Position numbers and translations under genes: made by a program. The notes beneath the pieces are model-generated. The model was not told where the DNA came from. It did not search any database and was given only the letters and a program-made list of their open reading frames with translations. Positions 36,950 to 44,131 of a DNA stretch of 45,324 bases are shown here, in pieces (positions within the stretch are counted from its first letter, which is position 1; each line of letters begins with the position of its first letter). Source of the DNA: an uncultured Rubrivivax sp. (lineage in GTDB: Bacteria > Pseudomonadota > Gammaproteobacteria > Burkholderiales > Burkholderiaceae_C); the NCBI GenBank assembly GCA_964595215.1, contig CAZQPN010000001.1, positions 1-45,324 of the forward strand. The letters run 5' to 3'.

Positions 36950-39196
36950 TCAGGCCTGGTGGACCGCGTCGGTGAAGGTCTGCCAGGACGCGTTGAGCAG
37001 CGCGAGGGACTTGCCGTCCTTCGCCAGCTTGGCCCGCCAGGCCTCGACCACCGCCTTGGGCTTCGCCTCGAGCACCTTGACCAGCTCTGCGGACCAGACA
37101 CCCGCCGGCGCCGCACGACGCATGTCGTTCAGCTGTGTGGCGCGTGATTCCAGGTCCTTGCGAAACGCGGTCGCCGCGATCAGGAACTTGATCTTCTTGC
37201 TGCGGCGGTCGGTCGCCAGCGACTTGTGTTGGGCCTGCAGCTTCTCGAGCGCCGCCTTGGCCTGGGCATCGGTGTACGTGCCGTCGCGCAGGTTGTTCTT
37301 GATCTCCTGCGTCTTCTCGCGGATCTTCTTGGAGGCCACCAGGCCCACGGCCATGCGCTCCATCTTCTCCGCCGTCCCGATCTTCTCCGGGAGATCCGGC
37401 GGCGTCGCCATGGTGGCGTCGATCTCGAACAGGCGCTCCAGCATCAGGCGCGCCCTCAGGAACTCGGCGCGCCCCTTGGCCGGCTGGCCGAAGCCGTCGT
37501 CGAACACCACCTTGTCGACGATGTCCTCGAGCACCTGGCGCACCTTGGCCTGCGCCTCGACCTTGCGCTGGTCATCGAACCGGACGTAGTTGCCCGGGAT
37601 GCTCGGGTTCTGCTCGTCTTGCGTACCGTAGATCCGGTCGAACAGCATCTCGGACAAGGTCTTGGGATTCTTGCTCCCGACGCAGTCCGTCACGAACTGC
37701 TTCCAGCCTGCCGGGTCGGTGGCGTTGAGCCCCATCGCGGGCTCCTTCGAGTTGTCGACACAGCTCAACTCATTTTTGGCCGGATCGAAGGTGAAGTTGC
37801 CGCCGTTGTATCGGGAACCCAGCAGACGGTCGTTCATGCCGGCGATCAGGTCGCCTGCGGCCACGCCGGCGAAGGCCTCGATGCCTTCGTCCGACCCGGC
37901 AAAGTTCGCCAGCGCCTGCGCGGCGTGCGCGCGTGCCGTGGCCTCCTGCTGGCTCTTCTGCTGGTTGGCGGCGACCGTGCCTTGAATGACTTCCGACAGT
38001 ACGTTCAACATGCCCTGTTTCGCGGGCGCAGCCAGCGGCTCACGGAGCCGGTCCAGTGCTGCCTGCCGTTCGTCGTCCGAACCGGCCGACTCCAGGTCAG
38101 CCAACCCATCCCATGCGGGTATGTTGGCGGACCGCAAGAAGGCCCCGCAGGCTTCACGCCAGGCCTCCGCGGGCGTCATCGCCTTGATCTTCTCGCGCAG
38201 CGCATCCCCGAGCGCGATGGCGTCCTGCGCACGCTTGTCGCTTTCCGCAGGCCCGTTGCCGGCATCGCCCTTCAACCCGCTGGCCTGGGGCCTGGGCTTC
38301 TTCAAAGACGGGTCTTGGATCTCACGGAGGACCTTGAGGATCTCGACCTCCCTCGGGATGGTCAGCTTCATGCCCTCGAGGTCTGCCAGCGCGGACCGCC
38401 TGGCGTCGGCGCTGTCGGCCTGGCGCGACGCGCCAACGAACTTGCGTGCCTTGTCCTGGAAGCCGTCCTTCAGGAGCGTCGCGTAGACATCGTCCCAGGC
38501 CTGCTGTTTGGGCTTGCCGGCGACGCGCTGGCGGAGGTCGCTCTCGACCTGCAGTGCCTTGGTCGTGTCCGCATCGAGGAAGAGGCGGTTGAGGGCCAGG
38601 CCGCTGGTCAGTTCCGCGATCAGGCCGGAGCCCTCTTTCTCGCCCTTGTGGGGCGCCAACGCCGTGGCAAGCTGTGCGGCGTCCGCACCCTGCCCCTTCA
38701 GCGCCGATTGGATCTGTGTCCGCTCCACGTCGCTGAGGTTCCGGACCGCCGGCGCACTCACGCCCTTGGCGCCGAGCTTGCGTAAGAAGTCGGTCGCTGC
38801 CACGTGGTCGTCGACGTTCCCGCTGCCGCCTTTGACGACATAGCTCTTGCCGCCGATTTGCACCTTGCAGGTCTTCTTGTTGCTGTCGCCCTTTAAGCCT
38901 TGCTGGACGGTCACGCCCGTGGTGAAGTCGGTGGGCAGGCCGCCGCCTTGTGCTGTCCCTACCGTCGGCTGCGCCGGCGACTTGACCTGCTCCAGCAGTT
39001 CCCGGTGCCGGTGCCGGCTGCCCCCCACGCCGTAACCCTTGATCCTGCTCGTCACCGGGTCGATGGGCAGCGCGGGGCTGGCTTCCTGGCTACCTTCCAG
39101 ATCGAGCGGGTAGCCTGCCACCGTGGCCCACTTGCTCGTGCTTTTCAGCGAGATGTCGGGGTCCATGCGTTTGGCGTAGCGTGACAGTGATTCCAC
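36950..39196 (-). CDS. 748-aa protein with a predicted atypical kinase fold (actin-fragmin kinase/HopBF1/PI3-4K-like), lobes split by a helical insert
   Basis: GAGG before the GTG start. N-lobe YVVK(122)...SAPAVR...LIAELTSG; C-lobe GDLIAGMND(456)R...NGGN(467)F...CVD(481)N. The CDS is secure; the kinase call is by motif reading. Confidence 0.7.
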   Translation of the reverse strand: MESLSRYAKRMDPDISLKSTSKWATVAGYPLDLEGSQEASPALPIDPVTSRIKGYGVGGSRHRHRELLEQVKSPAQPTVGTAQGGGLPTDFTTGVTVQQGLKGDSNKKTCKVQIGGKSYVVKGGSGNVDDHVAATDFLRKLGAKGVSAPAVRNLSDVERTQIQSALKGQGADAAQLATALAPHKGEKEGSGLIAELTSGLALNRLFLDADTTKALQVESDLRQRVAGKPKQQAWDDVYATLLKDGFQDKARKFVGASRQADSADARRSALADLEGMKLTIPREVEILKVLREIQDPSLKKPRPQASGLKGDAGNGPAESDKRAQDAIALGDALREKIKAMTPAEAWREACGAFLRSANIPAWDGLADLESAGSDDERQAALDRLREPLAAPAKQGMLNVLSEVIQGTVAANQQKSQQEATARAHAAQALANFAGSDEGIEAFAGVAAGDLIAGMNDRLLGSRYNGGNFTFDPAKNELSCVDNSKEPAMGLNATDPAGWKQFVTDCVGSKNPKTLSEMLFDRIYGTQDEQNPSIPGNYVRFDDQRKVEAQAKVRQVLEDIVDKVVFDDGFGQPAKGRAEFLRARLMLERLFEIDATMATPPDLPEKIGTAEKMERMAVGLVASKKIREKTQEIKNNLRDGTYTDAQAKAALEKLQAQHKSLATDRRSKKIKFLIAATAFRKDLESRATQLNDMRRAAPAGVWSAELVKVLEAKPKAVVEAWRAKLAKDGKSLALLNASWQTFTDAVHQA

Positions 39197-39260
39197 TCGA
39201 GGCCTCGTGATGGTGGGGGTTGATCCGGGGTGTTCAGAAAGGGGGCCGGGGTCGCGTGGC

Positions 39261-40709
39261 TCAGCGCCCCAGGGCGCCGGCGATCTCGTCGAGCGCGCCG
39301 CCGAGGGTCTTGCCGAGGGTCATCCTGACGCCCAGCGGGTTGGTGTCGGCCGCCGTGATCAGGCGGTCCGCTGACAGCCGGGACTGCTGCTGACGGATCA
39401 GCGCGAGCGCCTCTGCGGTGATCTCGATGCGCTCCTCGGGCGAGGCGCCATCGAGCTCGTCGAGCACGTCGTCGATGGCCTCCAGGGCATCCTGGACGCG
39501 CTCCAGCAGATCGTCCGCCATGCGATCGAGCTGCGTGTCCTCGAGTTCGCGCATCCGGATGACGAGCGAAGTCGTCTGGTCGATCGCGCTCTCGCTGGCC
39601 GCCTCCCAGATGGGTGAAAGCGGCCGCCAGGGCCCGCCGGCGCGACCCGGGGCGGCGCCGCCGTCCGCCGCGGCCGGCTCAGCGGCAGACGCCACGAAAG
39701 GCACGTCGCCGAGCAATTTGTCGATCATGTCCAGCGCCTTGCCGGCGGCCGCGAAGTCCTTGGCGGCCGCCTTTTCGCTGGAAAACCCGATCAGCCCGCG
39801 CAGCTTGGTCGCTTCCGGGTGCTGGGCCTTCAGCGCCTGCATCAGCCGGTCTCGCACCTTCTTCAGGCGCTGGGCGTAGGCCAGTTGATCGGCGCTCGCC
39901 GGCCCGCCCTGCGGCGCCGGACGGCCCGCCGTCGGGCCCGGCGTGGCACCGGGCGCCGCGCCGGCCGTGGCGGCCGCTTCCGGCGGCCCGTCGCCCTCCT
40001 CCTCGCCGTCGCCGTCCTCCTCGCCGTCCTCGCCGCGCAGCTTGACCTTGAGCTTGAACCCGGTCTGCTCCAGCAGCGCGGCGCGCACGCGCTTGGCCAG
40101 CCCGCCGACCTTGCCTTCGCTCATGACGAAGTGCAGCGTGCCGGTCTCGTAGTAGCACTCGCCCTTGGCGTACTTGACGCCGCCGGCGGCGTCCAGCGCT
40201 TCGTTGAGCAGCTTGCGCTTGGTGTTGCTGATGCTCCTCTTGCTGATCAGCACCGCCGCGGTCTTGCTGATGCTGCCGATCATGGCCGGCAGCCGCAGGT
40301 CGCCCTTCTTGAGCTGGCGGATCAGCGGGACCATCTTGGTGGTCAGGACGTCGGGGCTGTTGTCGTCTTCGTCGTCGTCGGCGCCTCTAGTGTCTGTTCG
40401 TTTGGCCTCGGCGGCGGCGTCCAGCGCGGCCTTGTGGCCGCTCTCGGCCAGGTCCAGCAGCGCGTAGAGCTTGTCCTTGGCCAGGCCGAAGGGCTTGTCG
40501 CCGAGCTCCTTCTTGCGCTTGGCCAGCGCAGGGACCATCTTCTTGATCTCGTCGGCGACGGCGGACAGGGCCTTGGCGCGCTCGTCGGGCTTGTCCTCGC
40601 CGGCCTTGTCCAGCGCCGACAACGCCTTGACCAGCGCCTTGTCGTCCAGCTCCAGCTTGTGCTTCTTGACGAAGCCGCTCCAGTCGTCCTTGTCGAGCTT
40701 GTCTGCCAT
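39261..40709 (-). CDS. Unknown modular protein (482 aa), paralogue B of 44132..>45324
   Basis: GGAGG 8 nt before ATG 40709. Lys-rich helical N-domain; conserved KGECYYETGTLHF...KVKLRG domain; acidic and Pro/Ala linkers; acidic helical C-domain ending DTNPLGV...L..IAGAL. Confidence 0.85.
   Translation of the reverse strand: MADKLDKDDWSGFVKKHKLELDDKALVKALSALDKAGEDKPDERAKALSAVADEIKKMVPALAKRKKELGDKPFGLAKDKLYALLDLAESGHKAALDAAAEAKRTDTRGADDDEDDNSPDVLTTKMVPLIRQLKKGDLRLPAMIGSISKTAAVLISKRSISNTKRKLLNEALDAAGGVKYAKGECYYETGTLHFVMSEGKVGGLAKRVRAALLEQTGFKLKVKLRGEDGEEDGDGEEEGDGPPEAAATAGAAPGATPGPTAGRPAPQGGPASADQLAYAQRLKKVRDRLMQALKAQHPEATKLRGLIGFSSEKAAAKDFAAAGKALDMIDKLLGDVPFVASAAEPAAADGGAAPGRAGGPWRPLSPIWEAASESAIDQTTSLVIRMRELEDTQLDRMADDLLERVQDALEAIDDVLDELDGASPEERIEITAEALALIRQQQSRLSADRLITAADTNPLGVRMTLGKTLGGALDEIAGALGR
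40090..40180. repeat. 91-bp perfect direct repeat, copy 1 (copy 2 at 45234-45324)
   Basis: cgcttggccagcccgccgacc...cccttggcgtacttgacgc is identical in both paralogues. Confidence 0.95.
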
Positions 40710-40773
40710 CTCGGCATCCTCCATGCAAACAGCGTGGCCAGCGCCGCACGCCGCGCCGCCTCGTCGACGGTCG

Positions 40774-43700
40774 TCAGGGCCAGTTGACCATCAGCGCCCG
40801 GATGAAACCGATCTTGTCGTTGGCCGCCTTGACCGCCTGCCCGCAGTACTCGATCCACGCCGGAGGCACCTGCTTGGTCGAGGGATGGCCCGGGGCCAGC
40901 GGCCGCAGCTTTGTGTCGACGAACATGATGAAGCCACGGTAGGCGGCGATCGCCTTCTCGCCCGCAGGCCGCTTCTTCTCGGCCTTCACCTTGGACCCGA
41001 GCACGGCGTCGAAGTCCTTCTGTGCAGCCGCCACCGCCTTCAGCGCATCGCTCAGGCCGGTGTCGCGGTCCGGGATGTAGCCGGCCCGGATGGCGGCCTT
41101 CTTGGCTGCCGATGCGGCGCCCGTATCCCAGCCGAACGCGGGCAGGCTGGTCAGCTGCTGCCCCAGATCGGCAATGGTCTGCTCCAGTGCGGCGAGCGCC
41201 TCGCCCGCGATGGTCCGGCTCTTCTTGTTGAAGCAGGCGCTGACGACGTCGCCCAGGGCCTTCTCGACCTTGCCGATCAGCGCCGGCGCACTGAGCGTCT
41301 TGATGAACGCCTGCGCCTTGCCCTCGGCGTCGGCCGCAACGGCGTCGCGCAAGCGCCGGTCGACCTCGCCTTCCAGCACCGCGGCGGCGTCGTGCGCGGC
41401 ATCCCATTGCCCCTGGGCCAGTAGGCCGTCGATGCCGTCCGCGGAGACCCGATGGCGCTGAGCCACCGCCGCCAGCAACGGATCGGCGAGCATGGTCCGG
41501 ATGCGCCGCAGTGCGGCCTCGACGCCGGCCCGCAGGGCATCGCTGTCGTTGATGGCCAGGGCGGCCTGGAGCGCCGTGGACGCCAAGGCCGAGTCCGCTG
41601 CCCTGGCATGGCTGCCCTTGAGCAGCTCGCTGAGGAAGCCGTTGACGCTCTTTCCGGCACCGTTGGGCGCCGCCGCGGCCCGCAGTGCCGCGGCATGCGC
41701 TGGCTTGTTCAGCTCCTCCCACAGGGCCATGGTGTGGACGGCGGTCTTGGCGGCGTTGTCGGCCTTGGCGCCGGTCGCCGCCAGGACCCGGTCGTAGGCG
41801 GCGGTGCCGCCGAGCTTGGCGAGTGCCTGCCAGTGATGCTCTCGATTGCGCCAGACCTTGTCCTCCGGGTCCGGCTTGGCCTCCTTGAAGTAGGCCATGT
41901 ACTCGTCGCGGAAGCGCTGGCTCGGCAGCCCCTTCGACTCGTCGTCCTTCGGATCCTTGGGCTCCGGCGGGCCACGCTTGACGTCCGCCGGATTCGTGTT
42001 GGGCGTCTGGCTGCGAAAGAGCTTGAGCGCCAGATCCGGGTGACGCATCACGAATGCCGAGCCGGTCATGCTCGAATCGGCGGCGTCGAGCGCCGTCCAG
42101 CCGTTGTCGCCCAGCCACGTCACCATCGCCGAGAGCTGGTCGGGCGGCCCCGTGAAGATGTCCTTGTAGGCCTCCCGCTTCGGCACGAAGTCGCTGATGA
42201 TGCGATCGGCCACGGCGTCGAAGCTCGGCTCGTCGGGCGCGTCGAAGAGCTCGGTACCGCGCTGCGCGATGGCGATCTGGATCTCCGCCGGGCTCATGAA
42301 CCGGGCCGCGCGCTTCATGAACATCATCGCGCACTTCGACAGATGGAGCCGGTCGTCCGGCAGCTTGTCCGCAGCGCCCAGGCCGGGATGCACGGCATCG
42401 ATCGCCGCCCGCTGGCGCACCATGCCATCGACCATGGCCTGCGGGTTCAGCAACTCCAACTGCTCGAGCAGTTCCTTGTCGAAGGGCTCGTACGCCGACG
42501 GCATGCTCAGCAGCTCGTTGACCACCGTGGCCGTACCCGACACGTCGAAGTAGGTGATGCCGGCAATGCGCCGGGCCGCGGCCCCGAAGTCGGCGCGCGC
42601 GGGCAGGCTGCCACCATGGTCGATCGGCACCAGGGCCGGCTCGCCCTGCGGGTCGTCCTTGACCATGATGTTGCCGGCATGCCGGTCACCGTTGAGCATC
42701 ATGATGTCCAGGATGGCCATCTTCTGGACATCCTTGGTCTTGATGCGACTTCGCACACTGTCGGGCATCTCGCCGAGCTGTTGTTTCGCGCCGGCATTGC
42801 TCTGCGCCGAACCGACCACCTCTTCGGCGTCGCTCGTCTGCTGGTCTTCGTCCTTCGGTCCACCGCCCTTCAGCGCATAGCGATTGATCGACACCACGTT
42901 GGTCTCGGGCACGTTGAGGTCGATGCCGGTCATCTGTGCGAACAGCTTCGCGTTGGCGCTGGCCAGGGCCTCCTTGATCGCCCCCGCCCCGCGCTTGTCG
43001 GAGGCAAAGCCGATCGGCGCCACCTCGCCGGCCGCGGCCTTGAAGATGGCCACGCGCTTGTTGTCCGTCCGTTCCCACTCGGCGTTGCGGGTCGGAGTGG
43101 CGTCCTGGACCTTACGGTAATCGACACCCTGCAGCCAGCGAGACTCGGACGCACCTGCGGCGTCGCCGTCGTCACCCAGCTTGGCGGCCTCCTGATAGGC
43201 CTGGTGGTAGTTCAGCTTCGCACGCAGGCTGGCGGCGCGCACCTCGTCCTGTTCGCTCCAGCCTCCGGTCGACTTCGGGTCCGGCAAGGCCTCGAACTCG
43301 ATCGCCATCATGTACTGGAAGGCCACCAGCTTGCCCTCCTCGCAGTAGCGCTTCTTGCTCTGGCTGGACTTCTCGTTCTGCTGCTTGCTGCTCAGTTGCT
43401 GCTCGTGGAAGCTCAGACAGGCATCGGCCGCCGCGACCAGCTCCAAGCAGCGGGTCTTGATCTCGGCCCTGAAGGCGGGACCGAGCTGGCCCCCCTTGGC
43501 GGTGACCTTCTGCCCCTCGGCCTTCTTGGACTCGAGCGCAGCGAGCTTGGCCAGGTACTCCTTGAAAAGCTTGCCGGCCGACAGGTCCAGCTTCGCGATG
43601 TAGGCCGCCTGCCCTTGCGGAAAGCTGGCCGACCGGACGCTCGCCATCACCGGCGCCATGTCCTCGAACAAGGCCCCCTGCTGGGCCACCTGCGCCTTCT

Positions 43701-44097
43701 TGAGCTCCAGGCCGCTGGCCGCGTGCATCAGGGCATGCGCGGCCTTCCTGAGATCGACCAGGCGTGCGCGCGCCCCGACCACGTCCTTGAGCTTCTTGCC
43801 GGTCTCGAACAGGCGCTGCTGACGCAGGAACTCGTCCTTCAGCGATGCAGGCAAGGCCTTGTCGGCCAGCAGGCGCGTGGCCTCGTCGAGGTCTGTCTTC
43901 GCCAGGGCCTCTTCGTTCTGGAAGGCATCGACGAACCGCTTTCGCCGCGCCGCGGCCACCGCGTCATCCTCCTTCCTCGGTACCGCGCGCTGCGGCCCAC
44001 CCCGGATGTGCGCCAGCATGCGCTGGCGCTGCGGCGTGTCGTTCCTGCCCGTGGGCACGGTCGCCTTGCCCTTGCCCGAGTCGCCCAGATCAGCCAT
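40774..44097 (-). CDS. 1107-aa protein with a central type II phosphatidylinositol 4-kinase-like (PI3/PI4K-family) domain
   Basis: GASES, VAIFK, GAIKEALA, VPET, GSAQ, VQKMAILD...NGDRHAGNIMV, LVPIDHGGSLP, PSAYEPF, SPAEI, in the order known for eukaryotic type II PI4Ks; ATG 44097 follows GGAAGG. Confidence 0.88.
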   Translation of the reverse strand: MADLGDSGKGKATVPTGRNDTPQRQRMLAHIRGGPQRAVPRKEDDAVAAARRKRFVDAFQNEEALAKTDLDEATRLLADKALPASLKDEFLRQQRLFETGKKLKDVVGARARLVDLRKAAHALMHAASGLELKKAQVAQQGALFEDMAPVMASVRSASFPQGQAAYIAKLDLSAGKLFKEYLAKLAALESKKAEGQKVTAKGGQLGPAFRAEIKTRCLELVAAADACLSFHEQQLSSKQQNEKSSQSKKRYCEEGKLVAFQYMMAIEFEALPDPKSTGGWSEQDEVRAASLRAKLNYHQAYQEAAKLGDDGDAAGASESRWLQGVDYRKVQDATPTRNAEWERTDNKRVAIFKAAAGEVAPIGFASDKRGAGAIKEALASANAKLFAQMTGIDLNVPETNVVSINRYALKGGGPKDEDQQTSDAEEVVGSAQSNAGAKQQLGEMPDSVRSRIKTKDVQKMAILDIMMLNGDRHAGNIMVKDDPQGEPALVPIDHGGSLPARADFGAAARRIAGITYFDVSGTATVVNELLSMPSAYEPFDKELLEQLELLNPQAMVDGMVRQRAAIDAVHPGLGAADKLPDDRLHLSKCAMMFMKRAARFMSPAEIQIAIAQRGTELFDAPDEPSFDAVADRIISDFVPKREAYKDIFTGPPDQLSAMVTWLGDNGWTALDAADSSMTGSAFVMRHPDLALKLFRSQTPNTNPADVKRGPPEPKDPKDDESKGLPSQRFRDEYMAYFKEAKPDPEDKVWRNREHHWQALAKLGGTAAYDRVLAATGAKADNAAKTAVHTMALWEELNKPAHAAALRAAAAPNGAGKSVNGFLSELLKGSHARAADSALASTALQAALAINDSDALRAGVEAALRRIRTMLADPLLAAVAQRHRVSADGIDGLLAQGQWDAAHDAAAVLEGEVDRRLRDAVAADAEGKAQAFIKTLSAPALIGKVEKALGDVVSACFNKKSRTIAGEALAALEQTIADLGQQLTSLPAFGWDTGAASAAKKAAIRAGYIPDRDTGLSDALKAVAAAQKDFDAVLGSKVKAEKKRPAGEKAIAAYRGFIMFVDTKLRPLAPGHPSTKQVPPAWIEYCGQAVKAANDKIGFIRALMVNWP

Positions 44098-44131
44098 GTG
44101 GCGTCGCCTTCCGAAGTGCTGTGGGTTGGTC

